From assembly GCF_006345805.1 (NCBI RefSeq), contig NC_043019.1, positions 17,793,360-17,857,359 on the forward strand: a stretch of 64,000 nt of DNA, written 5' to 3'. This document shows, piece by piece, positions 50,183 to 64,000 of this stretch. Under the pieces are notes generated by a model that was not told where the DNA came from, searched no databases, and was given only the letters and a program-made list of their open reading frames with translations. Position numbers and translations under genes: made by a program. Numbering within the stretch: position 1 is the stretch's first letter; each line of letters begins with the position of its first letter. The DNA comes from Octopus sinensis (lineage: Eukaryota).

Positions 50183-51815
50183 GTATTATATATATGTGGT
50201 GTGTTGTTTGTGTCTGTGTTGTCCCCCTAGAATTGCTTGACAACCGATGCTGGTGTGTTTATGTCCCCGTTACTTAGCGGTTTGGCAAAAGAGACTGATA
50301 GAATAAGTACTGGGCTTACAAAAGAATAAGTCCCGGGGTCGAGTTGCTCGACTAAAGGCGGTGCTCCAGCATGGCCGCAGTCAAATGACTGAAACAAGTA
50401 AAAGAGCAAAAGAGTAAAAAGAGTATATATAATTTAGGAGTTGATAGAGCTTACAAACTGTACAACTAACTCTCTAGAAAGCTCAAGCGAGACACACACT
50501 GACTCCCACATCTGGAACCATACTATACAAATATCGTAGACTGCACCCAAAGAAGTCTCTCACCAACACACTGCAACTTCTGGTCAATAGACATGCTGTG
50601 TTCTTCCTATACCTGTTATACCACCGTTACTGTGACTTCCGATCTTCAGAGATGGATGGTCTCGTGAAACCTCCATCAGGTAACTCTGACTCACCCGTAA
50701 CTCCTTCTCCACCCATATTGTACCCATCTCCTAGTCACAAGGTAAACATTACTCGTTGATATTGATTACTCTTTTACTCTTTTACTTGTTTCAGTCATTT
50801 GACTGCGGCCATGCTGGAGCACCGCCTTTAATCGAGCATATCGACCCCGGGACTTATTCTTTTGTAAGCCCAGTACTTATTCTATCGGTCTCTTTTGCCG
50901 AACCGCTAAGTAACGGGGACATAAACACACCAGCATCGGTTGTCAAGCGATGCTAGGGGGACAAACACAGACACACAAACACACACACGCATATATATAT
51001 ATATATATGCATATATACGACGGGCTTCTTTCAGTTTTCCGTCTACCAAATCCACTCACAAGGCTTTGGTCGGCCCGAGGCTATAGTAGAAGACACTTGC
51101 CCAAGGTGCCACGCAGTGGGACTGAACCCGGAACCATGTGGTTGGTAAACAAGCTACTTACCACACAGCCACTCCTGCGCCTAAAATTCTTCTTTAAAAT
51201 TATTTTGTGTATGTGATTGTTCTTTTTCAAAGTTTTCAATGATAACCACCCCTGGATGGCGAATGACAGGTGAATTCCTACCCGACTTATAAGTAGTTTT
51301 TGTTCGTTTTTAGTGAGAAGTACGGCGCCAGCGATACTTTTAGGAATCTCAAGACTGGTTTTAGTAAAGGAATAAGTTATCTTTAAACTAGAATGCTTGC
51401 TTGAAACAAACAATATTCCCCTGAGGGCACAGTTTATCAACCCTAAAAGGACAGTTTAACAGATTAAACCTACCTTTACCAAATAGGAATACAAGGCTTT
51501 GGTTGACCCTTAGTTATAGTAGAAGGCATATGCCCAAGGTGCCTCACAGTGAGTTCGAACCAGAAACCATGCTGTTTTAAGCGAACATCTTAACCACACG
51601 GCCAGGTCTGCGGTTCTCTTATATCTCTTTTATCTTTTACGTGTTTCAGTCATTTAACTGCGGCCATGCTGGAGCACCGCCTTTAGTCGAGCAAATCGAC
51701 CCCGGGACTTATTCTTTGTAAGCCCAGTACTTATTCTATCGGTCTCTTTTGCCGAACCGCTAAGTTACGGGGACGTAAGCACACCAGCATCGGTTGTCAA
51801 GCAATGCTAGGGGGA

Positions 51816-51876
<61 letters not shown>

Positions 51877-54800
51877 GTATATTGGCAGGGCTGGCCTGCT
51901 AGGTAGCCGGCCAGAATGCTAGAAATAGATCATAAACGATCAACTACAAGGGAAATTCTCTAGAGGAAGAATTCAGCAAACACCAGAACCAAATTTGGCG
52001 GGCAGGACATATGAAAATTAATAAAAAACAGACTTAAATGCATACCTCGGTTTCGGTCTTAACAAAAGAATTACTTGCATAATTCAAGTGTCCGTGACTT
52101 CTTCAGTACATTCGGTCCTCGAGATGCAAACTGCAAGACTAACCCCAGCTCTCTGTGTCAAGACAGACACGTGCTTAGTCTTACTGATTACATCGGGAAT
52201 AAAATTTCAAATGTCTTGGTTCCGGCGCGCTAAGAGACTCCTGAAGCGAAGGGCTGCAGTGAATAATTCACTGCGGGTAAAGCTTACTACTAGGGAACGT
52301 ATTTATTTAAATATTTAAAAATTGAGGGAGATAAATTAATATACACTGCCAATATACACATATGTTTGAATTTTCTCTGACTCCTCAGATTTTTTGAATG
52401 CTGGACTACTGGTTTTAAATTGATATTAAAATTAATATTAATTTATCTCCCTCAATTTTTATATATATATATATATACATATATACGACAGGCTTCTTTC
52501 AGTTTCCGTCTACCAAATCCACTCACAAGGCTTTGGTCGACCCGGGGCTATAGTAGAAGACACTTGCCCAAGATGCCACGCAGTGGGACTGAACCCGGAA
52601 CCATGTGGTTAGTTAGCAAGCTACTTACCACACAGCCACTCCTGCGCCTAGGTTATATATAAAGTGGGTACAGTGACGTACAGTTAAGTTTCGAATTAAA
52701 CACTTAACCTTATTGTGTACTAAAATTCCTGCGAGTTGAGCTTCACATTTCATTCCTCAGTTGATAAAATAGATACTAAACAAGTCATGGAAAGTCATCC
52801 GTATCGTTTTCTTATTCACTAATTTAAAAAGAGACAATTTATAACCAAATATGTGACAAAAATAGCTGGTCTGAATGAAAGAATTCGTAAAGAAAACACA
52901 AAGAACGCGAGTAAAATTATTAATGTTAAAAATATTGATTTAAAATTTTAGCAGAAGATGAATTTCGGGGGAGGGGATAAATCAATAATATCGACATCAC
53001 TGTTCGACTAGAACTTATTTTATTCAGCTTGAAAGGATGAAAGGCAAAGGGTACCTCGGCGGAATTTGAACTCGGAACGCGAAACCAGTCGAAATACCTA
53101 TTTCTTTACTACCCACAAGGGGCTAAACACAGAGAGGACAAACAAGGACAGACAAACGGATTAAGTCGATTACATCGACCCCAGTGCGTAACTGGTACTT
53201 ATTTAATCGACCCCGAAAGGATGAAAGGTAAAGTCGACCTCGGCGGAATTTGAACTCAGAATGTAAAGACAGACGAAATACCGCTAAACATTTCGCCTGG
53301 CGTGCTAACGATTCTGCCAGCTCGCCGCCTTCAGATTCAAATAAAAGAAAATATATCTCAAACCTTAAAGAAATCAGTAAGCAGAAGAAACGAATTCCGA
53401 AAGAATGAAGAAAATGAAAGGAATGTCATAGAAATATAGCGACAAAAGAAGTAACTGAACCGAAATCAAGAAACTCATGAAGCAAGATGGCCGAGCCAAA
53501 TCTCAAAGAAACTGTCGTTATGTAAAATCACAATGATTCTTTCGATAAACCTTAGTTCCAATCCCAAAACACTTTATCAAGATCGAGCTACAAAAAAGAA
53601 AAAAAAATGAAAACAAAAAAAAAACAACAAAAAACAAAACAAACTATTATTGAAATAAATGCGGTGCAAAAGTAAAAGAGGAACCCGATTATGAGCATCA
53701 CAATCGCGTAAGGGGGTGGAATGTAACCCAAACTCTACAGACAACTGAAAGATACTAGGAATTAATATCGGATTGAAATATCTGGGGGAAATATTTAATA
53801 GATTTTCATAGTTTCAATAAGAATCTTTTGCGACCTACAGAAAGCGACCGAAACAAAAAAAAAACCATCTTAATTTCACACTCACAAAGACTTTAGACAC
53901 ATAATTTGTCCTCAATAGCAAAAAATATCGTAGAGGGTAAATGGGATCTTTTCGGTTTGAACGGCAGTTTTTTCTAGCGGTGTCATATGAAATTGTCACC
54001 CATAATTATGACCCTAGTATCGATCTATTGCATTTCACTGTTTTAGGGTTAGGGTTAGTTAGGGTTAGGGGGAAGGGTATCTTTTTTTCTTCACAAATGT
54101 AAACAAACCCAATCTGTTTCTTAAACGAGGGACATATTCATACAGCACAGAATGTTTTTTTACATCAATAGACGTCAGTGATTGGTTGAAATTGCAGAAA
54201 TTGAAGAAAAAACACAAGAAATATCTTTCAAACTATAGAATTTTCTCAATAAAGCCAAGAGATAAAGATTTTTTATAAACATATTCTACCAGTATACGAA
54301 GTTTAAAAGTGTTTAGTTACGTGGAAATTATTTTAAAAAACTGCCCTTCAAACCGAAAAGATCCGGTAAATGATTACCTGAAAAAAAAGAAAGAAAGAAA
54401 AATCTTCACTTCTAGAAGTACAAAGATAATGCTACAAAACTGCTAAGACTCAAATGTTTATAAAGATTAATAACAGAACAAAAAAGCCATAACCAACATC
54501 CGCATAAGAAATTCTTGTAATAGTAGCAGCGATAATGTGCAAGTACATGAAACATTTCACGAGTAAATGGCGATTCTGCAGCAACGGACAAAGGAAAGAA
54601 TTATAAAATGTCAGCTCATCTCCATTATTCAAAGATAATTCCGAGGAACTGCCTCTTTCCATTACTGGATCTTTTCGGTTTGAACGGCACTTTGTAACAT
54701 AATTTCTAGGTAACTAAAAAATTTTAGACTTCGTATACTGGTAGAATGTGTTTATAAAACATCTTTTTCTCTTGGCTTTATTGAGAAAATTCTATAGTTT

Positions 54801-55596
54801 GTAAGATATTTGTTGTTTTTTTTTCTTCAGTTTCTGCAATTTCAACCAATCACTGACGTCTATTGAGGTAAAAAACATTCTGTGCCGTATTCTGTTTAAC
54901 ATTCTGTTTAAGAAACAGATTGGGTTTGTTTACATTTGTGAAGAAAAAAGATACCCTTCCCCCTAACCCTAATCCCAACTAACCCTAACCCTAAAACAGA
55001 TTGAAATGCAATAGATCGATACTAGGGTCATAATTATGGGTGACAATTTCATATGACACCGCTAGAAAAAAACTGCCGTTCAAACCGAAAAGATCCCCAT
55101 TACTTTCTATACATGCATATATACACACGCACGTGAACGCATATTTGTTGGTATTTGCATGAAGACTGTCACCGTATTTTAACTGAAAACTGCAAAGTTT
55201 TAGCAAGTTATCTTATAGTTCATTCTCCGAAATAAACGTCTTGTTAGACGAAAAAGCTTATTTTATATTAATATATAAAAAAAACATTACAATATACTGT
55301 ATATAATAAGGCGGCGAGCTGGCAGAAACGCTAGCACGCCGGGCGAAATGCGTAGCTGTATTTCGCCCGTCTTTGCGCTCTGCGTCCAAATTCTGCGGAG
55401 GTCGACTTTGCCTTTCATCCTTTCGGGGTCGATAAATTAAGTACCAGTTGAGTTCTGGTGTCGATCTAATCGACTTAATTCATTTGTCTGTCCTTGTTTG
55501 TCCCCTCTTGTTCTGGTGTCGATCTAATCGGCTGCCCCCCACCCAAAAAAATTTGGGGCCTTATGCCTAGAGTAGAATATTACTATGTATATATAC

Positions 55597-55655
<59 letters not shown>

Positions 55656-55657
55656 TA

Positions 55658-55769
<112 letters not shown>

Positions 55770-55974
55770 GCGTAGCTGTATTTCGTCTGCCGTTACGTTC
55801 TGAGTTCGAATTCCGCTGAGGTCGATAAATTAAGTACCAGTTACGCACTGGGGTCAATATAATCGACTTAATTCATTTGTCTGTCCTTGTTTGTCCCCTC
55901 TGTGTTTAGCCCCTTGTGGGTTATAAAGAAATATATGTGATATATATATGTGCGTGTGTGTGTGTGTGTGTGTG

Positions 55975-56220
55975 TGGAGGGGCGTGGCTTAGTGGTTAGG
56001 GTGTTAGCACCATGATCGTAAGATTGTGGTTTCGATTCCTGGACCGGTCGACGCGTTGTGTTCTTGAGCAAAACACTTCATTTCACATTGCTCCAGTCCA
56101 CTCAGCTGGCAAAAATAAGTAACGCTGCGATGGACTGGCATCCCGTCCAGCTGGGGAACACATAAGCCATAGAAACCGGGAATCCGGGCCCATAAGTCTG
56201 GTTAGGCTTTAAACGGGCGC
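55975..56220 (+). mobile_element. tRNA-SINE family F/G with (ATT)n tail (related copies 38450-38690 and 59655-59965)
   Basis: GGCG..TGGC..AGTGGTTAGGG A box, GTTTCGATTCC B box, shared GCTGCGATGGACTGGC.TCCCGTCCAGCTGGGG 3' part. Confidence 0.75.
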
Positions 56221-56275
<55 letters not shown>

Positions 56276-56299
56276 ATATTATATATATATATATATATA

Positions 56300-56495
56300 T
56301 ATGTATAGTTGAAATTTACAGAAAAACAAAAGAGGAAGACAGGTGCATAAACAACAAGCAGGTGTATTTGTTTGACCCTCGGGAAGGTGAGAAAGTCTTT
56401 TACGTTTCGAGCCGACGCTCTTCAATAGAAAGGAACACGAGGAAATAAACAGATACAGAGAATAAAAAAAAAACTTTCGAAGTTAGTGGTCAATA
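56300..56495 (-). repeat. ~190-bp element with a hammerhead-like motif, in (TA)n/(CA)n; second copy 62035-62235
   Basis: Both copies share AAAGTCTTTTAC(G/T)TTTCGAGCC.ACGCTCTTC...AGAAAGGAACAC. Confidence 0.8.
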
Positions 56496-57439
56496 CACAC
56501 ACACAAACACACACACACACACACACACACATGTGTGTGTGTGTGTTTGTATGATATTTTTTAACATAACCGGATATTATAACTCATAGCAGAAGCGGTT
56601 ATCAAGAAAATTATACATGATTTCCAGACGGGAAAGTGTTGATAAATCAATACAAACTTTTTGCACCTCGACACGTAAAAGTATCTTCTACGGACTTCGT
56701 TAGCTCTAAATTTCTAATTTCAAAGGTGAAAATAAGTATCACCTGGGTACAAGAAATTATATTTGTAGTAACACTACTACCACCACCACTAGCACAAGCT
56801 GTAGCACTAACCGAAAAAATAGAAATAGAAAATCTCCAAGCCAGAACTTGTCCGCCTAAAATTTTCTTCTCTCTTCTTAAATCCAACTTGCCACCATATC
56901 ACATTATTAACTCCTAATGTTGCTGGTATTAGCACTGGGACTAACAGGTTTAAACTAAAAATTACATAATCAGTATGTCCCCCAATACTCTCTTATACTC
57001 TTTTACTCTTTTACTTGTTTCAGTCATTTGACTGCGGCCATGCTGGAACCCGCCTTTAGTCGAGCAAATCGATCCCAGGACTTATTCTTTGTAAGGCTAG
57101 CACTTATTCTATCGGGATTTTTGCCGAACCGCTAAGTTACGGGACGTAAACACACCAGCATCGGTTGTCAAGCGATGCTGGGGGAACAAACACAGACTCA
57201 CAAACATATACACACACACACACATACATATATACGACGGGCTTCTTTCAGTTTCCGTCTACCAAATCCACTCACAAGGTTTTGTTCGGCCCGAGGCTAT
57301 AGTAGAAGACACTTACCCAAGGTGCCACGCAGTGGGACTGAACCCGGAACCATGTGGTTGGTAAACAAGCTACTTACCACACAGCCACACCTGCGCCTAA
57401 CTTCTAAATGCTGCCGGTCTTGATCTCCAGCATCGTAGG

Positions 57440-57880
57440 TCATCAATTCACCCCTTATCACTACAGAATCATTTGAACCCAACTAATGTTGGCAAGTCTA
57501 CTGGCTGCTCAAACAAAAATAATATTTTGATATCACTCACAAATATTTCAGAAGGCAACTCCGACAATATGTCAAATATAAATACATCCATTATTACTAC
57601 TAGAGGAAAGCATGACACGAAAACCTGTAGTTGTAAAAGTAGACTTAATTGTCCTTTGAAAGAAAACTGTTTGATTAGAAACACTGTTTATAGGTGTCAA
57701 GTAATTACGAGTGCAATTACTTGGGAATACGTGAGGCTGCAACCATCATTTCAATAAGCGCTTTTATACGCATGTTTATTTATTCAGAAACCCTAAATTG
57801 GCCACTCTGCTTCTGCGGCTGAGTACGTCTGGCAACGGAAAAATAAGAACACATTACAATGAAACAGTGAAATTTGCAAC
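57440..57880 (+). mobile_element. Penelope-like GIY-YIG endonuclease remnant
   Basis: KTCSCKSRLNCPLKENCLIRNTVYRCQV matches the Cys-rich CxC...CPL..CL...VY motif preceding the PLE GIY-YIG domain. Confidence 0.75.
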
Positions 57881-57892
57881 CCCATCTCTCTT

Positions 57893-58200
57893 CTAACCGC
57901 TCAGTCGAAGTCGACTCTCGGTCACTCGTTGGATCAGTGTCCTCCAGTCAGTTTTATCCTGGGCCGCTTCTTTCAGACTGGCTATGTTTATTCCGGTATC
58001 ACTCTTGATGGTGTCAAGCCAGCGGGTTCTTGGTCGGCCTCTTCCTCTCTTGCCACTGACCATTCCGAGCATGATGTCCTTCTCCAGGGATTTTCTCCGC
58101 ATAATATGACCGAAATATGCCAATCTATGCTTGGTGATCCTAGCTTCTAGTGACATTTTCGGCCTTATCTGCTTAAAAACTTCTCCATTGGTGATAACCC
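57893..58200 (-). mobile_element. RTE (BovB-like) LINE 3' end
   Basis: SLEARITKHRLAYFGHIMRRKSLEKDIMLGMVSGKRGRGRPRTRWLDTIK. Confidence 0.88.
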
Positions 58201-58464
58201 ATCCGCACACAAAAAAACAAAAAAAAAACAAAAAACAAACAAAACACAAAAACAAAACAAAAGCCTGTTAATTGTGCAGTCAGGAAGCAATTAAAATTTG
58301 ACTGTGCCACAAGCAAAATCTAAACGAACGAAATGAGCTGATTATCAATTGCAACGACATGGTTATCCAAACATTCAGACTCACTCAGTATATGTATACA
58401 TATGCATGTATGGATATATACGTGTGTATGCGTGTATTTTGTTTATATATGTATAAATGTATGT

Positions 58465-58465
58465 A

Positions 58466-58525
<60 letters not shown>

Positions 58526-58538
58526 CTCTATCTATCTC

Positions 58539-58581
<43 letters not shown>

Positions 58582-58594
58582 CTCTATCTATCTC

Positions 58595-58655
<61 letters not shown>

Positions 58656-58705
58656 ATATCTATCTATATATCTATCTATATATCTATCTATCTATCTATC
58701 TCTAT
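58465..58705. repeat. (TATC)n tetranucleotide microsatellite (other large SSRs: (ATT/GTT)n 45860-45995, (ATT)n 59350-59420, (CTT)n(ATT)n 59555-59650, many (TA)n/(CA)n/(GA)n)
   Basis: Directly visible. Confidence 0.97.
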
Positions 58706-59369
58706 TTATGTAGGTGTTTATGTCAATGTGTATGTCTATATACAAACGTATATCTTTGTTCATTTGCATGCTTTGTATCTCTATACACACATGTTGTTAT
58801 CAGTCACGTGTTTCTTGCTCATTGTTTTTGTTCTGTTAGGGGTCGAATTGGCTAGAATCCTCACGTTGATCAGTTTTACGACTCTCTAAATTATCTTGAC
58901 TCTCTCTCTTCCTAGATTTTGGATTCTATTCCTTCCTGCTTCTCTCCATTTCCAACCTACATATTCTGCGTATATTTTGTGTGCCTATAAATAATTGTCT
59001 ACATATGAGATCTTCCTATGTGAATCTCTATACACATAGATTTATCTGAGTTTAAATTTGCCAGGGAATTGCATGTTACTCTTCAATCTCATTTCCTGTA
59101 TATTTCAATCTTATTTCCGACGCACTTCAATCCCATTTCCTACACATGTTTTCTGCTTTTTCCGATGGTAATCTTTCCCTTATATAAATACTTTCCCAAA
59201 TAAAATTTTACTGCATTTTTAAAGCTCCGACGTAGCTTATAAGCTGATACACAAGCACTCAACTTTAAGTGCATTGCATTTTATAGCAGAAACAGCTGTA
59301 AGCTAATGAGGTTCGTTACATAATTTCTTGTTCCCATGACATTTACTTATTTTATTATTATTATTATTA

Positions 59370-59410
<41 letters not shown>

Positions 59411-59592
59411 TATTATTATTCAGAAGTTTTATTTTTATAGCGTGCTTTCACTTCACTACCGAGCGCAGCTCTGTGTGCCTTAGGTACATAGCTTCCAGTG
59501 TATGTAGGTTCCAACTCTGTCATGTCTGTGAGTGAATATATTCCTTCTTAGCCTTCTTCTTCTTCTTTCTTCTTCTTCTTCTTCTTCTTCTT

Positions 59593-59623
<31 letters not shown>

Positions 59624-59966
59624 TTATATTATTATTATTATTATTATTATTATTTGGAGGCGCAATGGCCCAGTGGTTAGGGCAGCGGACTGGCGGTCGG
59701 AGGATCGCGGCTTCGATTCCCAAACCAGGCGTTGTGTGTATTTATTGAGTGAAAACACCTTAAAGCTCCACGAGGCTCCGGCGGGGGGTGATGGCGACCC
59801 CTGTTGTACTCTTTCGCCTCAACTTTCTCTCACTCTCTCTTCCTGTTTCTCGAGTAACGCTGCGATGGACTGGCGTCCCGTCCAGCTGGGGGGAACACAT
59901 ACACCATAGAAACCGAGAAACCGGGCCCATAAGCCTGGCTAGGCTTGAAAAGGGCGACTTTTATCG

Positions 59967-60020
<54 letters not shown>

Positions 60021-60118
60021 GTTACGCCCTGTACTCGACTAAGGCTTCTTTCTGAAACATACGTATATTGAGTTCTAACACCAGGTTATTAGCATTGCTA
60101 TGCCTAAGTGAAATATTA

Positions 60119-60168
<50 letters not shown>

Positions 60169-60190
60169 CACACACACACACACACACACA

Positions 60191-60226
<36 letters not shown>

Positions 60227-61840
60227 CACACACATCAAATACGAACGAGGAAAATATGTCATATTGAGATTTGAAAGTAAACAAACAGTATGATACAAGG
60301 AGAGCAATTAGTAAGTATAGAAATTTATTCCAGAAGTATTCAGGAAGAATTTATAGCAAACTGGTCCTCACTGGAATACAACAAATGATTAGTTAACCTC
60401 TTTGAGAAAGAAGAACCATAATTAATCTTTTATGATATTGATATTGATTTTGCGCAAAGCCAGTAATTTCAGGGTAAGGTGGGTAAGTCGATTACATCGA
60501 CCCCAGAACTCAACTGGTATTTATTTTATTGATCCCGAAAGGAAGAAGGCAAAGTCGACCTCGGTAAAATTTGAATGTAAAAACAGACGAAATGCCGCTA
60601 AGCACTTTGCCCGGCGTGCTAACAACTCTGCCAGCTCGCCTTCCTAATCTATTATGATATTAATAATGGTCACAAATTTTGGCTCCAGGTCAGCAATTTC
60701 GAGGAAGGGGTAAATCGATTACATCGACCCCAGTGCTCAACTGGTACTTATTTTATCACCTCCGAAGGGATAAAAGGTCACGTCGCCCTCGGCGGAATGT
60801 GAACTCAGAATGTAAAGATGAACGAAATACGATGTTACAAATTAAATCAAATTTAACATTGTCGTCCTTGAGCTTCCAAACTTTAAAAAGATCAAATAGT
60901 GAAAATCTACTAAATAATAAACTAGACCCTTGTCTTTCCTGTATACATAAGGCTACCTGCATGTTTAATTATTTTAAGTACATAAAACAATCTCTGTAAT
61001 AGCCCCTAACCTAGGGCCAATCTACTTTACTCCTTCTATTGCTGATCCAATAGTTGATCGATCTGCCTATTTGTTTCTGAGTTATGCTAGTCTCGTTTCT
61101 CTTTACCATTCCTTTCTATCCGCTCTTACTATATTTGCATGGTATGCTATATTGAAGGGACTAACCATTCTATCCGTGGTTTACCCAGTATTATGCGATA
61201 GCGAAAGTAAAGATACCTAACCTAGAAGTAGCACCCTGCACACCCTAGCCAGTCCTTGTCCAATTCTACTAGGTTAGCAATCCTTATACCAAGATACTGA
61301 TATTTGTGCCGCACTTGTTAAATAACAGAAAACACTATCCAAACCTCTTATCGGCGACTACTGGTCTCTTGCCCAAGACTATTTGACCGAGACAGACTCC
61401 AGCCACGTCTCTGCTGTATTCTTGGGATATTCTTTTGTTTGTAAAATTACGCTTCATCTGATGATTACGGTTTTTTGTAACGAAGTAATCTTCTTATTCT
61501 TCCATTAAAACGTTGCGCAAGAAGCAGCTGTAACGACCAGACAATTATCCATCGTCTGTTATCATTCATTTGATTATGATACACCCAAGGGATTTACGAC
61601 TTGCCGGACACCCTAGCATATACCAACAACGTACTATTCAAAGTAACGAAGGATTTGGACCAGCCACTAGGCGGTAAATACTCATAAGGTTGTTTTTTTC
61701 TATGTACACAACCGGATTATCCTATTTGATACTTACCAACCATAGGCCGAAACCAAAGGTTTATCCAACTTTACCTGATGCATATCTTTTCAAGTACCTG
61801 ATTCTATCTGAATCCTTATTTTACTATATATATATATATA

Positions 61841-61886
<46 letters not shown>

Positions 61887-61956
61887 AGTAGACAAATGAA
61901 TTATCTTATTACGAATAATTCGAAAGATAACCGATACCTGGGTAGCAAACTCACAG

Positions 61957-61988
<32 letters not shown>

Positions 61989-62609
61989 CTTACTCTGATA
62001 TTTATCATTGTTATATATATATAGTTATATATATAGGAAGAGTTTACGAAAACAAACAAAAGACGAAGACAAGTGATGTACAAAACAAACAGATGTATTA
62101 GTATAACACTCAGGAATAGAAAAAGTCTTTTACTTTTCGAGCCTACGCTCTTCTACAGAAAGGAACACAGAAAAAACAAGGAGAGAAACAAGGAGAGAAA
62201 AAAGAAGAGAAAAAATTGTGTGTAGTGGCTAACGATCTATCATGGCGACATATATATATATATATATATGTATCATAGGAGTATCATAGCCATGTGTTGA
62301 GAGGGATTCTTTGGGGTTTGAATAATTCACCTCTGGAAACATGGGTGTTTCGTTCAACATCCTTAAAGAACCCTTACTCAGGGACCTTTTGAGCAGGATG
62401 GGTTACTCGACCAGAAGAAAATTCTAACTGGGCCCCACCTGCAAGGTCATGTGCTATTTATCTTGATATGAGATCATCATGTTGCACACATATGGTTGTG
62501 ATGCATGTGCCTGGTGTACCCTTATTGGACGGGTAGTCATGATGGGTATACTGGGCTTCGTATATTTTACCCCAGTGTCACTTTGATGGCATGCACTGCT
62601 CTCTCACTC

Positions 62610-62668
<59 letters not shown>

Positions 62669-62784
62669 GTTAATGCTGTGCCACTTCGTATTAATCCTTA
62701 TTTTATTATTATTGTTGGTTGATATATAAATATTATATATGTGTGTGTGTGTGTGTGTGTGTAGGTATATATGAACACGCACAC

Positions 62785-62826
<42 letters not shown>

Positions 62827-63321
62827 TATATCTATCTATATCAATCATTGGTCTGTTGGCATTAAAGTTCTTCAACTTACAAGACCGAAAACCGATGTCA
62901 TTTTTGTTTCAGTCAATGTGTTCATCAGGAGACTATCTGAAGCTGGGTCCTTAAGATAAGCACCAAAATGCAGATGCTAGACGAATATAAGGTGGCTGTA
63001 TGAATAGCTCACGTTTTATGACACGTGCGCTGTTTTATCGATTTGTCTTCTGATGTTTTCTCATTTTTTCCACAGATTTTTTTGCCGATTTATCGCTTTT
63101 GTGCTGTTTTTAAAGTGTAGGCTGTGCGGAGGCTTTAATGGAACCATTCAAATTATCAATGTTTACGATAAATGACCAACTACAAGCATTAAAAAGAGGT
63201 TTTAAACGTTTGCTAGACTAATTTCATAATATATTTGATTTCATTATGGTCGTTTCTAGCAATCATTTTTCAAAGGGAAACCCTATTTGTGAGATGTACA
63301 ATTAAGATGGAGGGAAAGAAG

Positions 63322-63393
<72 letters not shown>

Positions 63394-63764
63394 GCCAGTT
63401 AGTACATTGTAAAGACAGAGTTAAGTGGTTGGTGTTTGGACTTGCTAAGTCTGTATCCTATGTAAATAATTTGCCGTAACTCTATAACTACTTGATTCTG
63501 AACGACATAAAGCATGCGATGAAATATCTTATATTGATAGATATGTAGATAGATAGATACATACATAGTATAATATATAATATATTTTTTCCTCCGTCTT
63601 CCCTTCTCTGGATCTTTCCTTTTCCTATGTTTCTGACGAAGAGCTCCGCTCGAAACGTTAAACCCTCCTTCTTTCCTTCTTTCCTGAGCGTCCAATAACA
63701 CAATACTTGTTCCACGTACTCGCGTTGTTGTGTTTTCTCTTTGTGTTTTCATGTTTGGATTAAA

Positions 63765-63799
<35 letters not shown>

Positions 63800-64000
63800 A
63801 GACCCCCTTTTGTCATGACTGACCGTGGGATTGCACCTAGAAAGTTACCCTGCCAGGCACAAGTCCGGGCAAGGTTGTTTAGAGAAGACCAGCAGTCGCC
63901 CATGCATACCAGCCTCCCCTCTCCACGCCGCCAGTGTTATCCAAGGGAAAGGTAAAGGGGCCGATACAGCTTGGCACCAGTGATGTCGCAACTCATTTCT

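Noticed and set aside
61458-61495. CTGATGA-TTAC-ggtttttt-GTAA-CGAAG hammerhead-like string (similar weak ones at ~40710, ~37126 and ~52370)
   Set aside because: The GAAA core or stems I/III cannot be completed, so they are too degenerate to count.

Overview
AT-rich, repeat-saturated eukaryotic DNA. The SINE families and microsatellite style point to an octopus/cephalopod genome (inference). Host genes: three 3' exons of an MFS/SLC16-type monocarboxylate transporter (+, 2720-8599, phase-consistent GT-AG junctions) and an intact single-exon tRNA 2'-phosphotransferase TRPT1 (-, 17764-18366). There is also an intronless, frameshifted, 3'-truncated POMT1 processed pseudogene (+, ~13614-14645) and a 5'-clipped tRNA-Leu(AAG) copy. 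The rest is transposon debris: about 20 copies of a bipartite tRNA-SINE, several other SINEs, CR1/L2, RTE, R4/Dong, Tx1 and Penelope relics, mariner, pogo/Tigger, hAT, piggyBac-like and TTAGGG-bearing MITEs, and Helitrons. The two most notable things read directly from the sequence: (1) at least six unrelated short repeat families each carry a minimal type-I hammerhead-ribozyme-like motif of the Penelope type, one of them behind a tRNA-derived Pol III head; (2) a tRNA-Leu plus SINE chimera inserted as one retrotransposed unit, bounded by a target-site duplication. No databases or folding programs were run, so family names come from motif recognition only.
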